Assembly: GCF_964204645.1 (NCBI RefSeq)
Contig: NC_134025.1
Location: 24,718,299 to 24,782,298, forward strand
Origin: Tubulanus polymorphus
Lineage: Eukaryota; Animalia; Nemertea
Length of the DNA stretch: 64,000 nt
Direction: 5' to 3'
Shown here: positions 39,601 to 52,681 of the stretch, in pieces
Position numbering within the stretch: position 1 is the stretch's first letter
How the letters are laid out: every line of letters starts with the position of its first letter
The notes under the pieces: model-generated
Database searches by the model: none
What the model was told of the DNA's origin: nothing
Seen by the model: only the letters and a program-made list of their open reading frames with translations
Position numbers and translations under genes: made by a program

Positions 39601-42600
39601 GATTTTAACTTTAATTTTCAAGGTTGGAGATTCTAATACGGCAGCAACGCTACCATATATCGATGGAGATCGGCAGAACGTTTTCATTCGTAGAGAAGGA
39701 AGAACGATAGTTTTCACATCGAGTAAATGCGGCATACGGGTGTCGTTTGACGGTCGCCATTCCGTCGAGGTCCAAGTGCCCAGGAAATATAAAGCCAAAA
39801 TGACAGGTACTTAAAACAATACTAAAAGAAAATCAATGTATTCACAATGAATTAACTTTATTTGCTGGCTATATAAAGGTATCTGTGGTGATTGCGATGG
39901 AAGTAAAACGAATGATTTGACAACATACGAAGGAAAAAATGTAAAGGGTCGCAGAAATGCTCAAAATTTAGTCGGTGTCAGCTTCTCTGTACCAGATGAC
40001 TCGGATCGCCCATCAACTAAGTAATATACATAAAGAAACATCTTTTAAATCGTTTCTATTTTCCGCTTATTTATCTTTCTAATTTTAATCCCTATTTTTC
40101 CAGTTGTAAGAAAGTACCAACTGTCGATGTGGAAATAAAATGTGACGCTGCCAGGAAGAAAGATATCGATAAGCCAAATGTCTGTGGTTATTTTAAGACC
40201 GGACCCTTTGACGCGTGTATCAAATCTGAAAAGGTAATTTCGAGATCACATTGAAATATGCTAAATCAAACAATATTTAACGTGAATATTTTGTTTTGTT
40301 TAGGTTGATGTCAACGCGCTATACAAGAATTGCATTACGGATGTGTGCGCTTACCCAAAAGAACAAGAAAGCAAAATAGCTTGTGCAATGTTGTCAGCTT
40401 TTGCCGACACTTGTATTGGATTTGGATTCTACCCAAATTGGCGCAGACAAAATTTCTGTCGTAAGTGATATTTAGACACTTATGGAGATATCACATGGAG
40501 ACTCGGATTATCAAATATCATTATGAAACGATTTTTTCAGAGATGTCATGCCCAGCCAACTCTGAATATCAGTACCGAATGCTGGTGTGTCAAAATAATT
40601 GCCAGGACAATGAAGCTGAAGATAACTGCGAGGCTCCTGATGTTGAAGGTTGTGCTTGTAAAGATGGTTTTATACTAGACAGACCGTCTGGAATCAGATG
40701 CATAAAAAGGATTGATTGTGGAAGTAAGCTGGTAACGATTACAGATTTTTAAACAGGATTGTATATTATGCACAGTATTGAATTGATTTTATTCTTTTTC
40801 AAAGAACCTGCTCCTCCTGCACCTACCCAAAATGTCGTCACATTGCCGCCGGTAACGAAACCAGCGGAGATAAAGCCTCCTGGTACACGACCGACAACGA
40901 AAGAATCCACAATTCAAAAATGTATTGACAGTTTACCAGGTGACTTCTGCAAAACCGTGAAACTAAAAGGACAGTGTGATGATCCAGTCGCCCGATCAAC
41001 GTGCATGAAATCTTGTGACGAAGATTGTCAGCCGACGCCACAGCCACCACAGACTACGTTGAAAACGCCAGCAACCAAGGAATGCGAAAATAAAATTTCA
41101 CACAAATATTGCGAGTTCTTTGAACTGGCTGGACAGTGCAACGATGAAAAGATTAAAAGAAATTGTCCACAAGATTGTGATCCTGTTTGCAAAAAGAAGA
41201 ATCCAAACAACGAAGGTTATGGTAAAGCAATGCCGTGTAAGGACAACCTTCCTGGTGACGCGTGTGCTGGTATGAAGCAACTTTGTGGAAACGCAGTTAT
41301 CCTTGCCATGTGCCACAAAACTTGTCATCCTCAGTGTGTTTGCGACAATAAATTGCCAAGAAAGATTTGTCACGGATTACATAAAAATGGGTTCTGTAGC
41401 AACAGAAACGTGCTTATCTCTTGTCGAAGCATATGCGATCCAGCTTGTCAACGGATACCTGGTAAACCAAAACCGACACCACCTGATATGCCACTGGATA
41501 TCAAGACGTGCGCAGACAACCTTCCTGACAACGTATGTGAAATATCATTGAAATCTCTCTGTGAAAGGCCTTTACTTCAACGTATTTGCCAGAAGACCTG
41601 CATGAAATCGTGTATTACCTGTAAGTAGTGATCATAAATTGCACGAGAAAAATTGCATATCAATAATTGTATCATTATCATTACAGATACAAAGCCAAAT
41701 CCGTCAGCCCTGGGTCCTCGTTATATCATTTACATCAATTGTTTTTCTAACATCATTTTCATTTATTCATCTAGATCCACCGCCCAATCCACCAGGCCCA
41801 CCAAATCCGCCAGCTCCGGGTCCTTATTGCTCAAACACTTTGCCAGGAAAGTTCTGTGATTTATTGAAACTCGGAGGAATGTGTGGAAATCGTAACGTAA
41901 AGGTCACTTGTCGTAAAGTATGCGATGATTATTGTACGACTGAACCAGAACCGGGAAAGCCGAAACCACCTCCACCACCAAAAGAAACCCCGGAAGAAAT
42001 TCCTTGCTTGGACAATCTACCATTGGATATGTGCAGCAATATGGAAAAAGTTGGATTCTGCAAAAATATGGTCGTAACCAATCTTTGCCAGAAGTCTTGC
42101 AAACCACAATGCAGCAACCCACGTAAGTTCTTCTACGGCAATTATTGTACATTCCGTGTTCATTCCGTGTTCTTTCATATGGTTTTAAATCAATTGTTTG
42201 AACATATAATTTTCATTATTCAGAACCGACCCCGAATCCGCCAGGCCCACCAAATCCGCCAGCTCCGGGTCCTTATTGCTCAAACACTTTGCCAGGAAAG
42301 TTCTGTGATTTATTGAAACTCGGAGGAATGTGTGGAAGTCGTAACGTAAAGGTCACTTGTCGTAAAGTATGCGATGATTATTGTACGACTGAACCAGAAC
42401 TGGGAAAACCGAAACCACCTCCACCACCAAAAGAAAACCCGGAAGAAATTCCTTGCTTGGACAATCTACCATTGGATATGTGCAGCAATATGGAAAAAGC
42501 TGGATTCTGCAAAAATATGGTCGTAACCAATCTTTGCCAGAAGTCTTGCAAACCACAATGCAGCAACCCACGTAAGTTCTTCTACGGCAATTATTGTACA

Positions 42601-45600
42601 TTCCGTGTTCATTCCGTGTTCTTTCATATGGTTTTAAATCAATTGTTTGAACATATAATTTTCATTATTCAGAACCGACCCCGAATCCACCCGGTCCTCC
42701 GAATCCGCCAGGCCCACCAAATCCGCCAGTTCCGGGTCCTTATTGCTCAAACACTTTGCCAGGAAAGTTCTGTGATTTATTGAAACTCGGAGGAATGTGT
42801 GGAAATCGTAACGTAAAGGTCACTTGTCGTAAAGTATGCGATGATTATTGTACGACTGAACCAGAACCGGGAAAGCCGAAACCACCTCCACCACCAAAAG
42901 AAACCACGGAAGAAATTCCTTGCTTGGACAACCTACCATTGGATATGTGCAGCAATATGGAAAAAGTTGGATTCTGTCAAAATATGGTCGTCACTAATCT
43001 TTGCCAGAAGTCTTGCAAACCACAATGCAACAACCCACGTAAGTTCTTCTTGCCCATTTTTGTACATTCCGTATTCTTTGTCATTTTACATCAATTGTTA
43101 ATTGACCATACTACTTTCATTAATTCAGATCCACCTCCGAATCCGCCAGGCCCACCAAATCCGCCAGCTCCGGGTCCTTATTGCTCAAACACTTTGCCGG
43201 GAAAGTTCTGTGATTTATTGAAACTCGGAGGAATGTGTGGAAATCGTAACGTAAAGGTCACTTGTCGTAAAGTATGCGATGATTATTGTACGACTGAACC
43301 AGAACCGGGAAAACCGAAACCACCTCCACCACCAAAAGAAACCCCGGAAGAAATTCCTTGCTTGGACAACCTACCATTGGATATGTGCAGCAATATGGAA
43401 AAAGTTGGATTCTGTCAAAATATGGTCGTCACTAATCTTTGCCAGAAGTCTTGCAAACCACAATGCAACAACCCACGTAAGTTCTTCTTGCCCATTTTTG
43501 TACATTGCGTTTTCTATCATTTTACATCAATTGTTATTTGTCCATGCCACTTTCATTAATTCAGATCCACCTCCGAATCCGCCAAGCCCACCGAATCCGC
43601 CAGGTCCACCAAATCCGCCAGCTCCGGGTCCTTATTGCTCAAACACTTTGCCAGGAAAGTTCTGTGATTTATTGAAACTCGGAGGAATGTGTGGAAATCG
43701 TAACGTAAAGGTCACTTGTCGTAAAGTATGCGATGATTATTGTACGACTGAACCAGAACCGGGAAAGCCGAAACCACCTCCACCACCAAAAGAAACCCCG
43801 GAAGAAATTCCTTGCTTGGACAATCTACCATTGGATATGTGCAGCAATATGGAAAAAGTTGGATTCTGCAAAAATATGGTCGTAACCAATCTTTGCCAGA
43901 AGTCTTGCAAACCACAATGCAGCAACCCACGTAAGTTCTTCTACGGCAATTATTGTACATTCCGTGTTCATTCCGTGTTCTTTCATATGGTTTTAAATCA
44001 ATTGTTTGAACATATAATTTTCATTATTCAGAACCGACCCCGAATCCGCCAGGCCCACCAAATCCGCCAGCTCCGGGTCCTTATTGCTCAAACACTTTGC
44101 CAGGAAAGTTCTGTGATTTATTGAAACTCGGAGGAATGTGTGGAAGTCGTAACGTAAAGGTCACTTGTCGTAAAGTATGCGATGATTATTGTACGACTGA
44201 ACCAGAACCGGGAAAACCGAAACCACCTCCACCACCAAAAGAAAACCCGGAAGAAATTCCTTGCTTGGACAATCTACCATTGGATATGTGCAGCAATATG
44301 GAAAAAGTTGGATTCTGCAAAAATATGGTCGTAACCAATCTTTGCCAGAAGTCTTGCAAACCACAATGCAGCAACCCACGTAAGTTCTTCTACGGCAATT
44401 ATTGTACATTCCGTGTTCATTCCGTGTTATTTCATATGGTTTTAAATCAATTGTTTGAACATATAATTTTCATTATTCAGAACCGACCCCGAATCCACCC
44501 GGTCCTCCGAATCCGCCAGGCCCACCAAATCCGCCAGTTCCGGGTCCTTATTGCTCAAACACTTTGCCAGGAAAGTTCTGTGATTTATTGAAACTCGGAG
44601 GAATGTGTGGAAATCGTAACGTAAAGGTCACTTGTCGTAAAGTATGCGATGATTATTGTACGACTGAACCAGAACCGGGAAAGCCGAAACCACCTCCACC
44701 ACCAAAAGAAACCACGGAAGAAATTCCTTGCTTGGACAACCTACCATTGGATATGTGCAGCAATATGGAAAAAGTTGGATTCTGTCAAAATATGGTCGTC
44801 ACTAATCTTTGCCAGAAGTCTTGCAAACCACAATGCAACAACCCACGTAAGTTCTTCTTGCCCATTTTTGTACATTCCGTATTCTTTGTCATTTTACATC
44901 AATTGTTAATTGACCATACTACTTTCATTAATTCAGATCCACCTCCGAATCCGCCAGGCCCACCAAATCCGCCAGCTCCGGGTCCTTATTGCTCAAACAC
45001 TTTGCCGGGAAAGTTCTGTGATTTATTGAAACTCGGAGGTATGTGTGGAAATCGTAACGTAAAGGTCACTTGTCGTAAAGTATGCGATGATTATTGTACG
45101 ACTGAACCAGAACCGGGAAAACCGAAACCACCTCCACCACCAAAAGAAACCCCGGAAGAAATTCCTTGCTTGGACAACCTACCATTGGATATGTGCAGCA
45201 ATATGGAAAAAGTTGGATTCTGTCAAAATATGGTCGTCACTAATCTTTGCCAGAAGTCTTGCAAACCACAATGCAACAACCCACGTAAGTTCTTCTTGCC
45301 CATTTTTGTACATTGCGTATTCTATCATTTTACATCAATTGTTATTTGTCCATGCCACTTTCATTAATTCAGATCCACCTCCGAATCCGCCAAGCCCACC
45401 GAATCCGCCAGGTCCACCAAATCCGCCAGCTCCGGGTCCTTATTGCTCAAACACTTTGCCAGGAAAGTTCTGTGATTTATTGAAACTCGGAGGAATGTGT
45501 GGAAATCGTAACGTAAAGGTCACTTGTCGTAAAGTATGCGATGATTATTGTACGACTGAACCAGAACCGGGAAAACCGAAACCACCTCCACCACCAAAAG

Positions 45601-48600
45601 AAACCCCGGAAGAAATTCCTTGCTTGGACAATCTACCATTGGATATGTGCAGCAATATGGAAAAAGTTGGATTCTGTCAAAATATGGTCGTAACCAATCT
45701 TTGCCAGAAGTCTTGCAAACCACAATGCAGCAACCCACGTAAGTTCTTCTACGGCAATTATTGTACATTCCGTGTTCATTCCGTGTTCTTTCATATGGTT
45801 TTAAATCAATTGTTTGAACATATAATTTTCATTATTCAGAACCGACCCCGAATCCACCCGGTCCTCCGAATCCGCCAGGCCCACCAAATCCGCCAGTTCC
45901 GGGTCCTTATTGCTCAAACACTTTGCCAGGAAAGTTCTGTGATTTATTGAAACTCGGAGGAATGTGTGGAAATCGTAACGTAAAGGTCACTTGTCGTAAA
46001 GTATGCGATGATTATTGTACGACTGAACCAGAACCGGGAAAGCCGAAACCACCTCCACCACCAAAAGAAACCCCGGAAGAAATTCCTTGCTTGGACAACC
46101 TACCATTGGATATGTGCAGCAATATGGAAAAAGTTGGATTCTGTCAAAATATGGTCGTCGCTAATCTTTGCCAGAAGTCTTGCAAACCACAATGCAACAA
46201 CCCACGTAAGTTCTTCTTGCCCATTTTTGTACATTCCGTATTCTTTGTCATTTTACATCAATTGTTATTTGACCATACTACTTTAATTAATTCAGATCCG
46301 CCACCGAATCCGCCAGGCCCACCAAATCCGCCAGCTCCTGGTCCTTATTGCTCAAACACTTTGCCGGGAAAGTTCTGTGATTTACTGAAACTCGGAGGAA
46401 TGTGTGGAAATCGTAACGTAAAGGTCACTTGTCGTAAAGTATGCGATGATTATTGTACGACTGAACCAGAACCGGGAAAACCGAAACCACTTCCACCACC
46501 AAAAGAAACCCCGGAAGAAATTCCTTGCTTGGACAACCTACCATTGGATATGTGCAGCAATATGGAAAAAGTTGGATTCTGTCAAAATATGGTCGTCACT
46601 AATATTTGCCAGAAGTCTTGCAAATCACAATGCAACAACCCACGTAAGTTCTTCTTGCCCATTTTTGTACATTGCGTATTCTATCATTTTACATCAATTG
46701 TTATTTGTCCATGCCACTTTCATTAATTCAGATCCACCTCCGAATCCGCCAAGCCCACCGAATCCGCCAGGTCCACCAAATCCGCCAGCTCCGGGTCCTT
46801 ATTGCTCAAACACTTTGCCAGGAAAGTTCTGTGATTTATTGAAACTCGGAGGAATGTGTGGAAATCGTAACGTAAAGGTCACTTGTCGTAAAGTATGCGA
46901 TGATTATTGTACGACTGAACCAGAACCGGGAAAACCGAAACCACCTCCACCACCAAAAGAAACCCCGGAAGAAATTCCTTGCTTGGACAATCTACCATTG
47001 GATATGTGCAGCAATATGGAAAAAGTTGGATTCTGCAAAAATATGGTCGTAACCAATCTTTGCCAGAAGTCTTGCAAACCACAATGCAGCAACCCACGTA
47101 AGTTCTTCTACGGCAATTATTGTACATTCCGTGTTCATTCCGTGTTCTTTCATATGGTTTTAAATCAATTGTTTGAACATATAATTTTCATTATTCAGAA
47201 CCGACCCCGAATCCACCCGGTCCTCCGAATCCGCCAGGCCCACCAAATCCGCCAGTTCCGGGTCCTTATTGCTCAAACACTTTGCCAGGAAAGTTCTGTG
47301 ATTTATTGAAACTCGGAGGAATGTGTGGAAATCGTAACGTAAAGGTCACTTGTCGTAAAGTATGCGATGATTATTGTACGACTGAACCAGAACCGGGAAA
47401 GCCGAAACCACCTCCACCACCAAAAGAAACCCCGGAAGAAATTCCTTGCTTGGACAACCTACCATTGGATATGTGCAGCAATATGGAAAAAGTTGGATTC
47501 TGTCAAAATATGGTCGTCGCTAATCTTTGCCAGAAGTCTTGCAAACCACAATGCAACAACCCACGTAAGTTCTTCTTGCCCATTTTTGTACATTCCGTAT
47601 TCTTTGTCATTTTACATCAATTGTTATTTGACCATACTACTTTAATTAATTCAGATCCGCCACCGAATCCGCCAGGCCCACCAAATCCGCCAGCTCCTGG
47701 TCCTTATTGCTCAAACACTTTGCCGGGAAAGTTCTGTGATTTATTGAAACTCGGAGGAATGTGTGGAAGTCGTAACGTAAAGGTCACTTGTCGTAAAGTG
47801 TGCGATGATTATTGTACGACTGAACCAGAACCGGGAAAGCCGAAACCACCTCCACCACCAAAAGAAACCCCGGAAGAAATTCCTTGCTTGGACAATCTAC
47901 CATTGGATATGTGCAGCAATATGGAAAAAGTTGGATTCTGTCAAAATATGGTCGTCACTAATCTTTGCCAGAAGTCTTGCAAACCACAATGCAACAACCC
48001 ACGTAAGTTCTTCTACGGCAATTATTGTACATTCCGTGTTCATTCCGTATTCTTTCATGTGGTTTTAAATCAATTGTTTGGACATATTATTTTCATTTTT
48101 CAGAACCGACGCCGAATCCACCCGGTCCTCCGAATCCGCCAGGCCCACCAAATCCGCCAGCTCCTGGTCCTTATTGCTCAAACACTTTGCCGGGAAAGTT
48201 CTGTGATTTACTGAAACTCGGAGGAATGTGTGGAAATCGTAACGTAAAGGTCACTTGTCGTAAAGTATGCGATGATTATTGTACGACTGAACCAGAACCG
48301 GGAAAACCGAAACCACCTCCACCACCAAAAGAAACCCCGGAAGAAATTCCTTGCTTGGACAATCTACCATTGGATATGTGCAGCAATATGGAAAAAGTTG
48401 GATTCTGCAAAAATATGGTCGTAACCAATCTTTGCCAGAAGTCTTGCAAACCACAATGCAGCAACCCACGTAAGTTCTTCTACGGCAATTATTGTACATT
48501 CCGTGTTCATTCCGTGTTCTTTCATATGGTTTTAAATCAATTGTTTGAACATATAATTTTCATTATTCAGAACCGACCCCGAATCCACCCGGTCCTCCGA

Positions 48601-51600
48601 ATCCGCCAGGCCCACCAAATCCGCCAGTTCCGGGTCCTTATTGCTCAAACACTTTGCCAGGAAAGTTCTGTGATTTATTGAAACTCGGAGGAATGTGTGG
48701 AAATCGTAACGTAAAGGTCACTTGTCGTAAAGTATGCGATGATTATTGTACGACTGAACCAGAACCGGGAAAGCCGAAACCACCTCCACCACCAAAAGAA
48801 ACCCCGGAAGAAATTCCTTGCTTGGACAACCTACCATTGGATATGTGCAGCAATATGGAAAAAGTTGGATTCTGTCAAAATATGGTCGTCGCTAATCTTT
48901 GCCAGAAGTCTTGCAAACCACAATGCAACAACCCACGTAAGTTCTTCTTGCCCATTTTTGTACATTCCGTATTCTTTGTCATTTTACATCAATTGTTATT
49001 TGACCATACTACTTTAATTAATTCAGATCCGCCACCGAATCCGCCAGGCCCACCAAATCCGCCAGCTCCTGGTCCTTATTGCTCAAACACTTTGCCGGGA
49101 AAGTTCTGTGATTTATTGAAACTCGGAGGAATGTGTGGAAGTCGTAACGTAAAGGTCACTTGTCGTAAAGTGTGCGATGATTATTGTACGACTGAACCAG
49201 AACCGGGAAAGCCGAAACCACCTCCACCACCAAAAGAAACCCCGGAAGAAATTCCTTGCTTGGACAATCTACCATTGGATATGTGCAGCAATATGGAAAA
49301 AGTTGGATTCTGTCAAAATATGGTCGTCACTAATCTTTGCCAGAAGTCTTGCAAACCACAATGCAACAACCCACGTAAGTTCTTCTACGGCAATTATTGT
49401 ACATTCCGTGTTCATTCCGTATTCTTTCATGTGGTTTTAAATCAATTGTTTGGACATATTATTTTCATTTTTCAGAACCGACGCCGAATCCACCCGGTCC
49501 TCCGAATCCGCCAGGCCCACCAAATCCGCCAGCTCCTGGTCCTTATTGCTCAAACACTTTGCCGGGAAAGTTCTGTGATTTACTGAAACTCGGAGGAATG
49601 TGTGGAAATCGTAACGTAAAGGTCACTTGTCGTAAAGTATGCGATGATTATTGTACGACTGAACCAGAACCGGGAAAACCGAAACCACCTCCACCACCAA
49701 AAGAAACCCCGGAAGAAATTCCTTGCTTGGACAACCTACCATTGGATATGTGCAGCAATATGGAAAAAGTTGGATTCTGCAAAAATATGGTCGTAACCAA
49801 TCTTTGCCAGAAGTCTTGCAAACCACAATGCAGCAACCCACGTAAGTTCTTCTACGGCAATTATTGTACATTCCGTGTTCATTCCGTGTTCTTTCATATG
49901 GTTTTAAATCAATTGTTTGAACATATAATTTTCATTATTCAGAACCGACCCCGAATCCACCCGGTCCTCCGAATCCGCCAGGCCCACCAAATCCGCCAGT
50001 TCCGGGTCCTTATTGCTCAAACACTTTGCCAGGAAAGTTCTGTGATTTATTGAAACTCGGAGGAATGTGTGGAAATCGTAACGTAAAGGTCACTTGTCGT
50101 AAAGTATGCGATGATTATTGTACGACTGAACCAGAACCGGGAAAACCGAAACCACCTCCACCACCAAAAGAAACCCCGGAAGAAATTCCTTGCTTGGACA
50201 ACCTACCATTGGATATGTGCAGCAATATGGAAAAAGTTGGATTCTGTCAAAATATGGTCGTCGCTAATCTTTGCCAGAAGTCTTGCAAACCACAATGCAA
50301 CAACCCACGTAAGTTCTTCTTGCCCATTTTTGTACATTCCGTATTCTTTGTCATTTTACATCAATTGTTATTTGACCATACTACTTTAATTAATTCAGAT
50401 CCGCCACCGAATCCGCCAGGCCCACCAAATCCGCCAGCTCCTGGTCCTTATTGCTCAAACACTTTGCCGGGAAAGTTCTGTGATTTATTGAAACTCGGAG
50501 GAATGTGTGGAAGTCGTAACGTAAAGGTCACTTGTCGTAAAGTGTGCGATGATTATTGTACGACTGAACCAGAACCGGGAAAGCCGAAACCACCTCCACC
50601 ACCAAAAGAAACCCCGGAAGAAATTCCTTGCTTGGACAATCTACCATTGGATATGTGCAGCAATATGGAAAAAGTTGGATTCTGTCAAAATATGGTCGTC
50701 ACTAATCTTTGCCAGAAGTCTTGCAAACCACAATGCAACAACCCACGTAAGTTCTTCTACGGCAATTATTGTACATTCCGTGTTCATTCCGTATTCTTTC
50801 ATGTGGTTTTAAATCAATTGTTTGGACATATTATTTTCATTTTTCAGAACCGACGCCGAATCCACCCGGTCCTCCGAATCCGCCAGGCCCACCAAATCCG
50901 CCAGCTCCTGGTCCTTATTGCTCAAACACTTTGCCGGGAAAGTTCTGTGATTTACTGAAACTCGGAGGAATGTGTGGAAATCGTAACGTAAAGGTCACTT
51001 GTCGTAAAGTATGCGATGATTATTGTACGACTGAACCAGAACCGGGAAAACCGAAACCACCTCCACCACCAAAAGAAACCCCGGAAGAAATTCCTTGCTT
51101 GGACAACCTACCATTGGATATGTGCAGCAATATGGAAAAAGTTGGATTCTGTCAAAATATGGTCGTCACTAATATTTGCCAGAAGTCTTGCAAATCACAA
51201 TGCAACAACCCACGTAAGTTCTTCTTGCCCATTTTTGTACATTGCGTATTCTATCATTTTACATCAATTGTTATTTGTCCATGCCACTTTAATTAATTCA
51301 GATCCACCTCCGAATCCGCCAAGCCCACCGAATCCGCCAGGTCCACCAAATCCGCCAGCTCCGGGTCCTTATTGCTCAAACACTTTGCCAGGAAAGTTCT
51401 GTGATTTATTGAAACTCGGAGGAATGTGTGGAAATCGTAACGTAAAGGTCACTTGTCGTAAAGTATGCGATGATTATTGTACGACTGAACCAGAACCGGG
51501 AAAACCGAAACCACCTCCACCACCAAAAGAAACCCCGGAAGAAATTCCTTGCCTGGACAATCTACCATTGGATATGTGCAGCAATATGGAAAAAGTTGGA

Positions 51601-52092
51601 TTCTGTCAAAATATGGTCGTCACTAATCTTTGCCAGAAGTCTTGCAAACCAGAATGCAACAAACCATGTAGGTTCTTGCAACCCAGTTGTACATTCCACC
51701 CTTGCTTTATATTTAATTTGACATTAGTTGAATAGTCATCTTGTTATTTCAGTTCCAAGTCCAGGCACAACGTCAGCTCCGCAGAAGTCATGTAAAAATT
51801 CGTTATCTGAACAACTGTGTTTGATGCTGAAACATAATTGTCACAGACCTTGTATTCGAACGTTATGTGCTGCAACTTGCGGGATGAAATGCAATGGTAA
51901 ATAAAATAATTCATTTATTTTTGATATTTGAAATACTGTATTTTAAACCTTAATGAATCGCCATTTTCTTTTCTTCTAGGTTGTTCTGATAGAGCCAAAA
52001 CTGAAACTTGTCATATTCTGAAGACGCAACTTAGCTGTTCTAATCCGATTATGCAATCCGTTTGTAGTAAATCCTGTCGTTCATGTGCTTGA
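36630..52092 (+). CDS. Paralog B: giant secreted PAN-like/EGF/(VWD-C8-TIL)x2 protein with about 51 ShKT-like domains separated by Pro-rich linkers (roughly 3,800 aa)
   Basis: ATG 36630 (MGTRVAILFLSCVGLSA); VWD1 from about 37436 and VWD2 from about 39283, both GSGDPHY; five ShKT in the exon at about 40805-41620; 22 repeated exons with 2 ShKT each (41775-51667); two final ShKT exons (about 51753-51896 and 51980-52092, ...CSKSCRSCA*); AATAAA at 52104. No stop seen in the exons checked. Confidence 0.88.
41775..51667 (+). repeat. Tandem array of 22 near-identical exon+intron units (438-467 bp)
   Basis: Each exon encodes PPNPPGPP..PYCSNTLPGKFCDLLKLGGMCGNRNVKVTCRKVCDDYC-TTEPEPGKPKPPPPPKETPEEIP-CLDNLPLDMCSNMEKVGFCxNMVVTNLCQKSCKPQC, bounded by phase-1 introns (C|gtaagttc ... 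ttcag|A). Confidence 0.97.
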
Positions 52093-52400
52093 AATAGTCG
52101 TATAATAAATCTAGTTGAAATTAACTCGGCCACTTGTTTTTCTTTCCTGTTTCTCTATTGCATTTGGACATATTGCAACTAGTGGACAGCTTAAAGGACC
52201 CATCAACATGATAGAATGATCTTATAATTCATTACTTTTATTTCTTTAAATGAATCTATATTTACAAGACATGACGCAAAGTATTTCCAATGCATGGAGG
52301 CGTCGATAATTTTCATCTACAGTATAATTTCCAGTTACAATCAAACTTAACGTTAAAGAAAAAGCATGACGCTGTCTCGTATCATTCAAGAAATTGTTTT

Positions 52401-52492
52401 GCTAATTAATCTCCATATAGATTTTAACAAAAATGGTGGTATGAATAATTCATACCACCATTTTTGTTAAATCTGTATAGAGATTGATTAGC
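52401..52492. repeat. Near-perfect 92-bp palindrome/hairpin
   Basis: GCTAATTAATCTCCATATAGATTTTAACAAAAATGGTGGTATGAAT-A-ATTCATACCACCATTTTTGTTAAATCTGTATAGAGATTGATTAGC. Confidence 0.85.
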
Positions 52493-52543
52493 ACCAATAA
52501 TTGATGTAAAGATTGAAGAAACACTATTCCGAGTTGTGGCGAT

Positions 52544-52681
52544 AATAGAAAATCCAACACTGATATGACGAATAAGTCCGAAAAGTTTCCTTATAGCTAA
52601 TAATTCATTGGTTCGACGTTTCGACTATAACCTATAACAGTCATCTTCAGGAATTCTTAAATCAGTTTGGTATTTTCTATT
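52544..52681. mobile_element. 138-bp inverted-repeat-bounded element containing a hammerhead motif
   Basis: AATAGAAAATCCAACACTGAT (52544-52564) versus ATCAGTTTGGTATTTTCTATT (52661-52681); GAT lies directly on both flanks. Confidence 0.6.
52612..52653 (-). ncRNA. Minimal type I hammerhead ribozyme (short-stem-III, Penelope-like variant)
   Basis: Minus strand: UUC-CUGAAGA-U-GACUGU(UAUAGGUU)AUAGUC-GAAAC-GUC-GAA. It has the core CUGANGA and GAAA, stem II, a palindromic ACGU stem III, a GUC cleavage triplet and a UUC/GAA stem I. Confidence 0.65.

Noticed and set aside
42117-42130. Apparent dibasic NPRK site suggesting PC2 releases ShKT toxins
   Set aside because: RK comes from reading into the intron (C|gtaag); the spliced sequence reads NPQP/NPHP. 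Proximity to PC2 is not evidence of a functional link.
41775-51667. Regular array considered as CRISPR or satellite DNA
   Set aside because: Units are about 450 bp with an open Cys-rich exon and GT-AG introns; no unique spacers or cas genes; eukaryotic context.
41904-51721. Many repeated alternative-frame and antisense ORFs (MIIVRLNQ..., MYNNCRR..., MLHCGLQ...)
   Set aside because: Shadows of the repeated ShKT exon.
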